Shown here: positions 12,261 through 24,564 of the stretch, piece by piece | Layout: every line of letters begins with the position of its first letter | Numbering within the stretch: position 1 is the stretch's first letter | Assembly: GCF_009834535.1 (NCBI RefSeq) | Contig: NC_045703.1 | Location: forward strand, 47,120,001 to 47,184,000 | DNA: 64,000 nucleotides | Direction: 5' to 3' | Origin: Camelus ferus | Lineage: Eukaryota | Notes under the pieces: generated by a model | What the model was told of the DNA's origin: nothing | What the model saw: only the letters and a program-made list of their open reading frames with translations | The model's database searches: none | Made by a program: the position numbers and the translations under genes

Positions 12261-12297
12261 ATCCCTAGAGGAAATCCCTATAGTGCAAGGTGTGAAC
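12261..12297 (-). promoter_or_regulatory. O/E(EBF)-like site plus conserved upstream motif of TAAR6
   Basis: atccctagagga (O/E-like) next to aatccctatagtgcaaggtgtgaac, ~460 bp upstream of the ATG. Confidence 0.45.
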
Positions 12298-14199
12298 TTG
12301 GAAGGTTATTTTCAATAGTGATTATTAAGAAAGTTATTCTACAAAGCAACTCTTCACATTCAGTTAGATTAGCCATTATGCTTCTTCGGCCAAAGATTTT
12401 TTTTTCCTTAGACATGAATATATGAACACAAATAGTGAAAAGTATTACAAATATGAAAGACAATTGCTTGTGATAGTTCAGGAACCATCTAGACGGGCAG
12501 GTGTAGACAATGGAGTTCCCATGAACAGAGTAAGACAAAAATGCTGCTTCAATATTTGTAGAATTTAATATAAATATACTAGGAAAAAGGAAATAGGAAA
12601 GGAATGAGACAATAGCTGGGGTTTTCTAGCAGAGGGAAACTTAATGAAAAAGAAATATTATGCCAAAACTAGAGAAAGGGAGGGAGAGACAAAAGTCTAG
12701 CTGTGGCCTGGAAGCAGGAAGCTTCAGGGAGGCCTGAAGCTCGTTCCAGAAACAACCTGCACAGATTCATAGATCTCCATGAATCGGTTTCTAAAACAAA
12801 GAGCTAGATAGCTCCAAATTTTCTGCCAGCTCTAATTTTCAATTATTCTATTATAGCTAATTCTTAGGATATTTGGTCAATATTCTTTCCCTATTTCACC
12901 TGTTCATCACAACTTTCAGGGCCCAGTTTGGGACAGGTTTAGAAATGCAGCTGAAACCAACAGGATCCAAACAAGCTGAGAGCCTCCTGAATTGATTCCA
13001 GTAACTGGAATGTGTCCTCAGGAAAGAATCTGCCATCTGATCAATTGCATTGTAACCTGTCAGCCGGAAGCATCGACTTATAAATTGGAAAGAGTTAAAT
13101 TCATTAGAGGTAGAGAAAGAAGCAGCAACCAGTAAGAATATGTTTGCACAGCTAGGAATGCTGCGGCTCAGACTCAACAGAAAAATAGACACAGAGTAGC
13201 AAAATATTTCATAGAAAACAGGGAAATAGGACGGGAATTGAAAATAGTACCTTGTTTCAAAGAGTAATCCCAATAAAAGAATGAGAAAGAGCAACCAATG
13301 TTACGGATTAAGGATCCTAAATCCTGGGCATGACAGTGGAGCTCTGTGATTTGGGGCAAATTGTTAATATTCTCTGGATTTGCCATCACTGAGTGAGATA
13401 CAAAAGACCCTAGCACAGATTATCAGTAAGTATGCAACTGCTTGAAAAGGAAAATCAGCAGATAATTCTATTTTCTTGAAAGATAAAGTACCTCCTTTCG
13501 GAGATCTCTGGGACAAAATCCCCTCTGATTTTAGTTTGAAAAAACCATCAACTTATTTTTTTTTCTCCTTACTAAGATTCTAATCTGTGGACTTGAAGAC
13601 TCTTCTCTTTTTGTGTTCACTGTTAAAAATGTTTGGCCGAATCTCTGACCCCCTTAGCAAGTGTGTGTGTGATTGTGATGGTGATATACATTTTAGCTCC
13701 AATTCTGCCTCCATTTAAACCCCCGACTTGGTGTTTGTTCTTCTATTGCCTCTAATTTTAAAATATGCTATTTGTTTGAATTTTATATTTCTCTGTAAGT
13801 TGCCTTAAATTTATTCTGGATCAAGGCAGAGCAAAAATTCATAAACCAGAAACAAATATATTTTAAAATAAAATCCATTATTTTTTAATAATACAAGTTT
13901 GGTGTTGAAGAAAGCTGCTTCCATTTATTCTGTATCAACTTAAATTGAAAGCATTTCTATGTTCTAGTCTCTTGTATGAAAGATATTTTTTAATCAAATT
14001 ATAGACTTAATTTTTGCTACTGATATCTTTAATGCTGTAAATAAAGATGGAACAAATAAGCAAGGTTCTCATGACATTTCTTGGTGTTAATCAGTCCATT
14101 TAGGATATAGAATCAGATTTCTGTGTCTGAAAACGGATCATCCAGATCTCGAACCATGGTGTCCCAACGGCTTATCAGTGAGAGCCTCACAGTTCCCTC

Positions 14200-14567
14200 T
14201 GTAGTGGGTTCAGTGATGACCTCTCCCCCACCAAAAAAAGATATGTCCACTTTCTAACCCCCCAGAAGCAGATCTGGAGGGGAGCTAGATCCAAGAGCAG
14301 TGTCCTTATAAGAGACAAAAGAGGAGAAACGGAGAGAAGACGGCCACGTGAAGATGGAGGCAGATATTCCAGTGATGCTGTCACAAGCTGAGGAAGGCCT
14401 GGAGCTGTGGGAAGCTGGAAGAGACAGAGGGGGGCTCTACCCTAGAGCCATGGGAGGGAGCATCACCCTGTCGATACCTTGGTTACAGACCCCTGGCCTA
14501 CAAGACTGTGGAGAATAAAGCCAACACGTTTGTGGGAACTAGTTATGGCAGCTCAGAAAACTGAAAC
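14200..14567 (+). mobile_element. MLT1 (MaLR) solo LTR
   Basis: 'gtccttataagaga...ggccacgtgaagatggaggcaga...ctagagcc...tagttatggcagc' typical MLT1 motifs. Confidence 0.8.
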
Positions 14568-15289
14568 TCTCTCCTAGACATTTTGCATTTCAATGATATA
14601 ATGGTTAACAAAGAAGTTAGAGCAAAGGCTCAAGGGGTGAAAATCAACATAATTCATTCAAAAATCTGCTTTCAGAGCTCTGAGAGCAAACTGCAAATAA
14701 TGAGAACTTCTACTGTCAGACATTCAACAGACACAACCTATACTAAAGGTATGATTAAGCCCATTAAAAAAGAGTATTTTTAGAGTAGTTTTAGGTTCAA
14801 AACAAAACAGTGTGCAAGGTACAGAGATTTCCCATCTACACCCTCTCTTGATGCATGCATGCTACCCCCCACTTCAACATCCAGTCTATTTTGAAATGAG
14901 ACAAAAGATAGAGCATTTCTGTGACAGAGATGAGAGAGAGGCATTCAGGCCTGTTTCCAAAGCCCTTGCTTGTGCGGAGAGTCACAGCCGCTGCCACCAA
15001 AACATCAGCTGAGGCCAGAGGGGTGATGAGGACGTAGGCTGGAGAGAACGGCTGCTTGCAATGAGGCCAGTGAGGATAGCTCCTAGGATTTTGGAGAGCT
15101 TCATTATCAATTTCACTGCTATTTGGATAAGTTTTTTTTAATTATTCTTCTCCTTGGGTTTTATTTCTATAGTTTATGTCATCTTTTGGCAAGTACTAAA
15201 CAAAGAGTAGATGTGTTGGACATAAGCTTTTGGGAGAGCCCATGTTCTCAGATGGGAAGGCAGTGTCCCTAGAGAATCATTGCACAGGG

Positions 15290-15450
15290 GTTTGAATCAG
15301 AAAGTACCCAAGATAAAACCTGGCCTTGTGATCTTAGACAACTTACCTAAACTCTCCCAGCTTCAGATTACTCAGCTCTAATTTGGAGGTAATATTACCC
15401 ACCATATACAGCTGAGTGAGTGTAGATAATGTAGGGAAAGTACCTAGCTT
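15290..15450 (+). mobile_element. MIR SINE fragment
   Basis: 'gtgatcttagacaacttacctaaactctc...cagattactcagctcta' MIR core-like sequence. Confidence 0.5.
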
Positions 15451-16144
15451 CTGATTAGAACTGAGTTACTATATAATAACAATTAACATAGTACAGCAGA
15501 GTAGAATACGGTATGATAGAGAGAGAGATATAATAACCATTAACAAAAATAATAAGACAAGTGCAGGATCTTTTCTTCCTATTTCCAACTTCACGTCTCA
15601 GGAATGATTAGAATGATGGTGTTGGCATTTAAGGTGGGTGAGGAGGACAATGATGAATTCTAGCAAGTAAGAGGTAAACCGTGACTTGTGGATAACTTGC
15701 TAGAGCAAGTGAGCCTGAAAGGCGAGGCTCAGGGATCAGATACCCACATTGGAGGGATTTCAGGTTTTAGTACAAGTTCACATTCTGAGATTCCAAAAGC
15801 TAGAGCACTGGAAGTCTGTGTCTCATTAATTTGGTGACAAACACTCACATGAGTTTACTTCTAGTGTTTACTTCTTACCAGTCTGTCTGAATGTTCATAT
15901 AGAGATATTAATATTATTTGAATACTAGTGCAGAGATTATCCATTGCTTACAAGTGTTTCACATACTTATTAGTATATTCAAAATATTTAATGGATATGT
16001 CTTTTTAAATTAAAAAAAAATGATTTCCAGGAGTTTGAAGGATTTCAGATTAAAGATTGTAGCCTGTAATTTAAGGTCCTAGGTTATGACTGAGGTAGGG
16101 TGGAGGTGATACCCTTGAAGGAGAGGATATCTAGGAATTGAGAG

Positions 16145-16350
16145 GCAGCTTAGCACATAGTCAAGAGCATGGATTCTGGACTCAGCTGGCTAGGGATGAA
16201 TCCATTCTCTCCTCAACTTCATAATTTCCCTAGGCCTCAGTATTCTTAGCTGTGAAATGGGACAATAATATAATCTTCTTCAGAGGGTTATTGTGATGAC
16301 TATTGGGGTTAATATTTATAAAGCACAAGATACAGTTCTTACTATAGTAA
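16145..16350 (+). mobile_element. MIR SINE
   Basis: 'tagcacatagtcaagagcatggattctgga...ggcctcagtattcttagctgtgaaatgggacaataata...gagggttattgtga'. Confidence 0.7.
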
Positions 16351-17339
16351 GTGTTTATGTTTTAAATGTTACATGTATATTGAGAGTAGAATGGGAGAGA
16401 ATGACAGAGTGCTGGGTATTAACATTAAGGTGTAAGAAGGAAGAAGGACGCTGCGGTCAGTGTTGAGAGTGTGGAAGAGAGGCAGGACTGGAACAATCTG
16501 ATGACCTTGGGGATTTTAGGGAGGATGGAGGGGGACTGCTCCATTACAAGGAAGAGCACAGAGGATGCCCACCTCCTTGCTCTGCCTGCTGAAAAGCAGA
16601 GGGGAAGGCCAGGTTCCTAAAAGGTGCAGGGAACCTCCACAGAAGGAAACATGTTTCTCAAGTTATTTCTGAAATTTTATGCATTTTAGTGCTGTCTTCA
16701 AATCCTAACAGTCTGACATTTGGTACTGAACAAGCAAACCTATCATTAGTTAGAAGATGAAACAAATAAGAACAATGACTCATGTATCTCATAATATTTA
16801 TTTAATTTACAGAACTGCCATTTATTCTTAAATAATGTATTTCTTTTATTTTTGATGTTAAAACATGCTTTCCTTTTATGCAATTATGCCAAATTATATA
16901 AAGATTTCCCTGCTGCTGTTGCTGTTGTTTGTGATGTCCTTGGTTGGTAAAGTTAATTTTGGCAATTATCTGTTGGTTCCTTGAATTTTTTCAGCAATTT
17001 TGTTATTTCTGAAGCCCAAGTTTCTAGGAACCGCTATCCTGACCCATTAGTGTTTTTAATAGTAAAGGTGGGCAATTTAGCCGGTAAGCCTTTTATGTCC
17101 CTTCAGAATGAACCAGGGCAGCCTCTGGTCAATTCCAAACACTTGAGACAGTGAGATCTCTTCTAGTGGAAGCCAACATCCAAGAAATCAACTACCCAGA
17201 GAAAGCAACATCTAATGTCTACTATGAAAAGCAAAGTGTTATCCTGAATTTTTCCACTTTTTTATTATTATTATTATTATTTTTTTTTTTTTGCTACCAT
17301 CAAAACTTATCGCAGGAATCTAGGTTATTTGATACTCTC

Positions 17340-17800
17340 ATGTTTGAGGTTAGTTAATGAAGAAGAACTAGCCCTGTGCTGAGATGAGATGTAAATTGGA
17401 GGCAATTCCTAAGGTCTCTAAAATTCCTGCCCATACATGCCTCTTCCTATCTTGCTCATACATCTTGAGTAGGTGATTTGCATCAGATAAAGATCAAGAT
17501 TAGGCAGTAATCACATTTCTCAGGGGGTTATGATTCTAACACCAAGGGCAGTATTTGGAGGCAAACTGTCTGTTTTGCATTATCCAAAGTTTTCAGTTCC
17601 ATATCTACATTGGTCCTTTAGTTTGCAGGTCTTGACAATCTCAGGCTTTCTTAAAATTAAAGTCCATTAAATAAACAATTTCCCCAATGACTGACAGTGT
17701 GAGACATTCCTCATTATGATGAAAGTGAGGGAAAGATGCATTAATGATGCTCTGTGGTCTTTCCTGTGCCCAAAGAAAGAAGCCTGCTAATGAGAGGAAG
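17340..17800. promoter_or_regulatory. Candidate TAAR cluster enhancer (T2/TE2-like) between TAAR6 and TAAR7
   Basis: No recognisable repeat. Four TAATGA/TCATTA homeodomain sites (17355, 17711, 17742, 17788), TTGCATCA at 17478-17485 and an O/E-like ttctcaggggg at 17517. The position matches the interval reported for a mouse TAAR enhancer (recall). Confidence 0.5.
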
Positions 17801-19299
17801 GGGAAAGAAATGTTTTGTAGTCTTCTCTGTTTGGATTAGAGGCTAGAAGTAACCAAACACAAAGCAGGGTCAAAGCGTTAAACTGTAAATGAACCGCAGT
17901 TGGTATTGATAACACACAAGTATATTAATTGTATCTAGTAATGTTTTAAGCATTTTTTTCAAATGAGTGTAACTGAGTCAGTTATGAACTTGACTTTTTA
18001 CATAATGCACTTATGTTTAATAGATATTTCTTAGAAATATATGTTAACCTCTTGTGGAGCAGTTTGAGTGGTATGGGAAATGATATGATATTATTTGTCT
18101 CCCATCACAGACTCCCAATGTGCTCTACAAATCTTCCTTCTTCATCCCTCATTAGATCTCAGGCTGACCCCAAAGCTGTCCAGTCACTCTGCATGTTAAT
18201 TATTCAATTTTGACCACACCAATTCCAAACTACAATTTGAATGTAGAAGAGTATCCACATTGCTAGTCAGGTCTGAACTTAAAAAGCCTGGCCTTAGGGA
18301 AGAGGCATGTCTGATTTTTCATTCCTTATCCTGCCCCCTCTTTTTCTGCTCTATCCCACTGGGAGAAGGAGAGAGTAGAAAAAGGGAGCACAATCATTCT
18401 GTGCCAAATCTGACCTCCTTATATAACCTTCACTGGGTGGTCATGACCTCTGTGCAGTGAGCCTTCTAACACTGCCCCTCTCGTGCAGTGCATATCTGGG
18501 TTCCTCAGGCATCCCTGAGGGTGTCATTCCCCTCCCCAGTCCCTGATGCTTGTGATCAGTGCTGGTTTGATCTTTCCCACTGTCCTCCTCAAGTCCAGTC
18601 AGATATGTCACAGACTCATGATGCACCTCCAAACAGGAGACCAGCAGAGGGGCCAGATGTCACTGGCTCCCATGCAGCCTCCAGCTCTCATGAAATTCAT
18701 GCATATTTGGCTCCTGACATTATGGGCTTCTGTCCCTGCCGACCCATTTCTCCTAACCATCTGTCTCCAATGCTGCTTTTCTCTACTCAACATGAACATG
18801 GGCAAGTCAGCAAGGCTACTGAATAAGCAGAGCTAAAGGGGCAATCAGGCTTGAATCATTTTTCCCTGGACAAAGAGACCCCAGAAGAAAAACCTGTGAG
18901 GTTCCCTCTCATGGACAGACTTGAAGAAGTTGAAAGAGGTCAGCTGGAGTGGTTCACCCACATCAGGAAACTGGACAGTGGGCAGGCTCCCCAAAAGGAA
19001 TCACATGTTACTTCATCACAGAGCCTCCATTTGGGTGCCTGCCACAGTCAGGATATTGGCCATCAAGACTATGACACTCCCAGGCATGAGAACAACTTTT
19101 GTCTCATTATTAATATTCTCCTTATTCCATTCCTGCTCTACCCTGGAGGGTGGTAGGGGCTCCAAGCGGAAAATAAAAGTAGAGGGAAGAGTGAAAGAGC
19201 AGACCTGTACCCTTCCCTCCTCTGCGTCCCCGAGGCCCTGGCCTGGATAGCGCTGACTGGTGAAGGAGTGATAAGATTGCTGGACTGGAAATGATTTTA

Positions 19300-19548
19300 A
19301 GTTTTTTAATTCTTTTTTTCAATTGAAGTATAGTTGATATACAAGGTTGTGTTAGTTCCAGGTATATAACAAAAAGTTATTCAGATATATATATGTGTGT
19401 GTGTGTATTCTGTTTCAGAGTCTCTTCCATTATAGATTTTTACAAGATATTGAATGTATCTTCCTGTGCTATACAGTAGGTCTTTGATGTCTATTTTATG
19501 TATAGTAGTATTATGTTAATCCTGAACTCGTAATTTATCCTCCCCCAC
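19300..19548 (-). mobile_element. Artiodactyl-type L1 3' end
   Basis: 'aattgaagtatagttgat...tctcttccattatag...cctgtgctatacagtagg...aatttatcctccccc'. Confidence 0.8.
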
Positions 19549-20645
19549 AACTTTAAAGTTTTAATATGAATTAAAAATATCTTACTTTGACTTTATAAAT
19601 CCTGGAAATTGAGTAGAAAGCAGTAAGCTCTGTCCAGAGTGTCATTAAAGATGGAGAAGGAAGAGTCAATAAAGCAAGTCTACCTGCCCAAGTAGATAAA
19701 ATGGTAGAGCTGTCTTATGTTTGTGGTGACCAAGTTTGGACTGTCCCCAATCTAATGACATATTCAGTGGGCCAGGCTTCATAACCAGACTAGAAGGATG
19801 GATGAATCTAATGACTAGAGTTCTATTTCTTCATGCTTTTCCTGAATAATTTGAAGGCTTCTTCCTGTCATCCCAACATACATTTTGGGAGATCTCGTTC
19901 ATTTCTTAGAAAAGAAATAATAATTACTTAAGCAAATCACTCAGTACTTCTAAATATATTCTTAAATTTCCCCTATTTATGCTTTCATGATCAAAAATAG
20001 ATTTATTGTTGAGGAAGTGCTCTTCAAAATGTGACCACTTGATTTCTGAGTCAATATTCAGGGTTGATAATTCAAAACACTAAAAAACCAATATGGCAAG
20101 ATGTGGACAATAACTAGTTAGAAAGGGTACTCTTCTGAGAGGCAGATCAAGCTTTGGAGACATCCTCCTTAGCCTTGCATTGATCTTTCAATGCTGGATC
20201 CTGTGGAGGCTTGGGAAGTGCAGGAGGCTGGGGCAATAGATATTTACCAACAAGTATTTAAACATTTCATCATTTTCACAATGGAATGGTTGAATTTGTA
20301 CTTTCCACTTGAGATCAGCCCTATCAAGATAACAGAATACATAGTTTACATACATACCATACATAGAATACATAGTTTACTGAAATTCCAGTGAGAGACT
20401 CCAAAAAGTATTTCTGAAAGATAAAAATCGATGGGATACAACCAATGGAAAAACCATGGTAGAGAAAATACAACCCACATTATACACAATAGAAGTTTAC
20501 CAAAGAGGTAAGAACTGTTCTTTCCTATAGAGCCTGGGAGAAATTCTTAATCCCAGAAAAAGCCATCAAAGAATGAGGAGAAGAAAATAGTAACGATTCT
20601 AGAGAAAGTTTCTTCTGGGCTAAAGGGTCTAAACTTCAAAAGCAA

Positions 20646-20770
20646 GGTCAGAGGCTATAGCTCAGTAGTAGAGTGCATGCTTAGCGTACATGAGCTCCTG
20701 AGTTCAATCCTCAGTATCTCCATTAAATAAATAAATAAATACCTAATTACCTCCTCTTCTCAAAGAAAAA
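20646..20770 (+). mobile_element. tRNA-derived SINE (camelid Vic-1-like)
   Basis: A box 'tagctcagtagtagag' and B box 'gagttcaatcc', followed by '(taaa)n acctaattacctcc'. Same layout as the element at 33656. Confidence 0.75.
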
Positions 20771-21084
20771 GGCTAATAATCAACAAATGCAAAAGCTTGC
20801 TAAATGCAAGGAGGAATAATGAAAAGACACAGGGACTAAATACAGATAAATATAAAGAGAAATTCTTAAAAGTTCCTAGGAACAGAGGTCAGAAGGAACG
20901 AAATTAAAAAAGATGAAAAGAACATCATACTGGCATCAAACTTCACATCAGTATACAAGGTCCAAGAAGGCAATGAAGACATGTTTTTGAAGTTATCAGG
21001 GAATTTATTTTTGGAACCATAATTCTAGTTAAAATTAAAATTATAATTGAAATCCTATAAAATTCTTTGAAACTAATTTGGAAC

Positions 21085-21257
21085 TAAGAAATATATATAA
21101 TATAAAATTATCTGTATATATAATATACAACTCTATATTATAATGCAATATTAATATATAACAAGTAGTTTTTATTACATTAAATTATAATGTATAATTA
21201 TTATACATGCTTATATAATATAAATGTATATGTATATAAATTTGCATAAGTATAAAA
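21085..21257. repeat. AT-rich low-complexity tract
   Basis: Nearly pure A/T with degenerate TA repeats. Confidence 0.7.
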
Positions 21258-21529
21258 CAGAGCAAGGAATAGATGGTCATGGATCAATAGAAGCAGACAA
21301 ACCACATCTAAGGAAGCAGACGTGAAGCAATTCTTAGAAAGAAGAGGTTGTGCCATGACCAGAGGGAGCAGTAGATGGGGGCAGAACTCTGGGCTGTCCT
21401 GTTACATTAGAGACCAATCCAGCCTGACACCTGCTGGAGGGAGTCCAGCTCCCCACTGTGAATTTGCAAGACTCTGGCTATCTGACCTACTCACGTTACT
21501 TAAGCCATGGCCTGCATCTAAAAAGGGAT

Positions 21530-21960
21530 GGTTCAAACCCAATGTCAATCAACAAGTCCAAAGAATAAACAAATTATGGTCAATCCACACAGTGAAATAG
21601 TACTCAGTCAAAAAAAGAGAAACTGAATATTGATTCATGCTTTGACATGGATTATTCTCAATATTATTTTGCAGAGTAAAATTATTCAGACAATAATAAG
21701 TATAAAATGTATGGTTGCATTTACAGAAAATACTAGGAAGTACAAATTAATATATAGTGACATCAAGTTGACCAGTGGCTGCCTAGGGAGAGGAGGGGGC
21801 TGAATGTGGAGGGGTGGGCAAGAAGGACACTACAATAGACATGAAGAAACTTTGGGTAACATATATATGTTCAAGTGTCTTGATTTTGGTGATGATTTTA
21901 CAGATATATACAAATGTCAAAAGTTGTCAAGTTGTACATTTTAAATGTGTGATCTTCATT
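21530..21960 (+). mobile_element. Old L1 (L1ME/MC-type) 3' end
   Basis: 'aataaacaaattatggtcaatccacacagtgaaatagtactcag...cagtggctgcctaggg...ttgattttggtgatg...gtacattttaaatgtgtg'. Confidence 0.7.
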
Positions 21961-22848
21961 TCAGTTTTCTATTCTTTCAGCATATTTAAATTTGGACTTT
22001 CATGTGTATCATTGAAAACCATTATAAACCATTTTTGGAACAATGCAAAAGTTAAGTAAGTAAATATTAATTTAGGATAAAGTACAATAATGAGTGACAA
22101 TCCTAAAACCTTTGCTCTAAACATATGCTAATTGGTAAAATTCTGAACTCAAATGAATTTTACCAGCCAACTTAATCACCAGGAGGAAACTCACTGAATA
22201 AATGAATGTTATTTATGATGCCAATTATCTTCTCCACAGTAAATAATTGAATCAGTGTTATACTCTATAGCTCTATCTCTGGATTGATTTTACCTGACTC
22301 TGAAATCACATTTTTGGACTCACAAATCTGAACATCAGCAAGTCAGACTCACTCCCCTGTCTTCCCTGAGCAAGGAAACCCACTCACTAAGTATCTCTCA
22401 GCCGCACTTACATTTTCATAGAAAAGTATTAGAAAGGAACAAAGAGAAGATGTGGTCAGGGACTGATCTATTATAAAGTAATGAAAAGGAAGATTTAGAA
22501 TAACAAATATATACTAGATCCTTTATATATTCTCATAAATTTTCTCAAGAATACAAGGGATGGAGTTACAAACCAGAGAAATTCACTGAAGTTCAGAGAG
22601 TAGTAAACAGCCCAGGTGTTAAAATGTGACATTTCTGGTTCTAAGGCTGTGTTGTTTCCACTACAATCAGGTTTTTATGTTATATTTACCAAAGAACTAT
22701 GATCTGAATTTAAGGATTTAGGTCAAAGTTGAAGCATAACTGAATTATTTTACATTAGAAGATATTGCACTTTTATGATCAATTTTTTTCTCCCCAATAG
22801 TAGCTTCACTGTGAATCTATTTTCAATTCCTCAATCTAAAATATGAAC

Positions 22849-23880
22849 TTAGCCAGAAAGTAAATGTATTGTTGAAGAATTCTCTCTCAAGGCTTTGCCA
22901 GTGGCAATTAATTTGATGGCTTTTCGAAACCAAGGATAAAAGAAAGCATAAATTAAGGGGTTCATAGCTGAGTTAAAATAAGCAATCCAAACCAATATTT
23001 CATAAATGTATGTGGGGGTGATGAAGCCCAGGAAGGCATCAATTATTGAATCCACAAAGTATGGCAGCCAGGAAATCAGAAATGCTACCACTGCAATGCC
23101 CAGCGTTTTTGCTGCTTTTCTCTCCCTCTTGGCCACTCTGTCTCTGTAACTGTCTGAGGATCTCACAGTCTTATTGCTCACACTTTCAATTTTTCTTGCC
23201 TGTTGTTTGGCAATGAGGAAGATCTTGGAGTACACAATTATCATCACAAGCATGGGAAGGAAAAATAATAGGAAATTGACCAATACCCAACTTTGATTCA
23301 CTGCAATTTGACAGCCACCCACACAGGTGAGAGCACTTACTAGATCCTCCAGCCCAGCTTCATTCGCACCTGTGCCAAAAAGGGAAAAAGAATAAAAAAT
23401 GGAAAAAAGCCAGGAGAAGGCAATACACAGGCCAGAAACATTGGCAGTGAACCTGGTGGGATAGAGCAGGGAGTCAGTGACCGCCAGGTACCTGTCGAGA
23501 GAGATAAAGCACAGGTGGTAGATGGAAGCATAACAGAACGACCCGTCAAAACAGGAGTGAAACTGACAGAAGCGCTGCCCAAAGTACCAGCAGCCCTCCA
23601 CGGACCTCACTGTGCTGAAGGGCATCACAGCCACCCCCACCAAGAAGTCCGCACAGGCCAGGGAGGCGATCAAAAAATTGGCTGGAGAATGCAGCTGCTT
23701 GAAGTGGAGAATTGAAATCATCACCAAGAGGTTTCCAAACACAGCCAGGGCAGCTCCAGAGCCGAACGCAGCGTACAGGATCAGGCGGGGGCCGGGTGAG
23801 TAGGGGGTTTTGACACAGGATCCGTTCAGGTGCTCATAGCAGAGCTGCGCAGCCGCGGGAGGCGGCCAGTCGCTGCTCAT
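22849..23880 (-). CDS. TAAR7: Trace amine-associated receptor 7-like, copy B (343 aa)
   Basis: Differs from copy A at 3 of 1032 nt: two silent changes and V330A. Confidence 0.93.
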   Translation of the reverse strand: MSSDWPPPAAAQLCYEHLNGSCVKTPYSPGPRLILYAAFGSGAALAVFGNLLVMISILHFKQLHSPANFLIASLACADFLVGVAVMPFSTVRSVEGCWYFGQRFCQFHSCFDGSFCYASIYHLCFISLDRYLAVTDSLLYPTRFTANVSGLCIAFSWLFSIFYSFSLFGTGANEAGLEDLVSALTCVGGCQIAVNQSWVLVNFLLFFLPMLVMIIVYSKIFLIAKQQARKIESVSNKTVRSSDSYRDRVAKRERKAAKTLGIAVVAFLISWLPYFVDSIIDAFLGFITPTYIYEILVWIAYFNSAMNPLIYAFFYPWFRKAIKLIATGKALRENSSTIHLLSG

Positions 23881-24340
23881 GGTTCTCCGTTTTGACTCCC
23901 GGAATAACTGTCACCCTCTGTGGCCCAGGTTGTCGTTCCAGTTTTCAAATGTTCTTAAAACAAGATAAATACAGTTTGTCAGTAACTGCTAGTATATTCT
24001 GTCTCTCTTTTTCTAAGTACAAATCCTTATTTTCATGTTTAGAAGGTGACTCATATTCTCACCTCAAAAAAAAAAAATTCACTTCCAAATGAATAAGCAG
24101 TTACTTTTCATCATTACATAAACTTCTATTTATCTAAATTAAAAAAAATCTGCTTGCATTACCTAGTTCTTCATATCAGAGAACTGTTGGTGTTCAAGGA
24201 GCTATTACATGATGCATGTTCAAATGCCACACTTTATGAACATTCTTTCCTAATTTATCAGAGCAAGGATAACGCCCCAAACACTCTGTCCCCTCAGGAA
24301 AGGAGCTAAATGATTCCAATACCCAAAGCCCTTCAGACTG

Positions 24341-24363
24341 AATCCCCACAGTGCAAGGTACGG
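24341..24363 (-). promoter_or_regulatory. Conserved upstream motif of TAAR7 copy B
   Basis: aatccccacagtgcaaggtacgg, ~460 bp upstream of the ATG. Confidence 0.45.
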
Positions 24364-24564
24364 AAAGGGGAAAAAACTTTAAATAACAATGATGTTTATG
24401 CTAAAATGAGTTCATGCCCTACTAATTTCCTGATGACATCTGACCTTTTCATGAGATAGAAATGGTGTATATTCTTCAAAGTTTTATCCAGAATGTGAGA
24501 GCCATATTATTTATTGTTATTAATTGTTGGGGATTGCCTTTTCACTTTTGTTAGAACCATCTAT

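Noticed and set aside
12896-13294. 132-aa minus-strand ORF upstream of TAAR6
   Set aside because: It has a non-ATG start, low-complexity F/L/S composition typical of AT-rich DNA and no domain similarity.
20646-20770. tRNA gene (also 33656)
   Set aside because: A and B boxes are present, but I see no intact acceptor stem, and there is an AT-rich tail (plus a TSD at 33656). This is a SINE.
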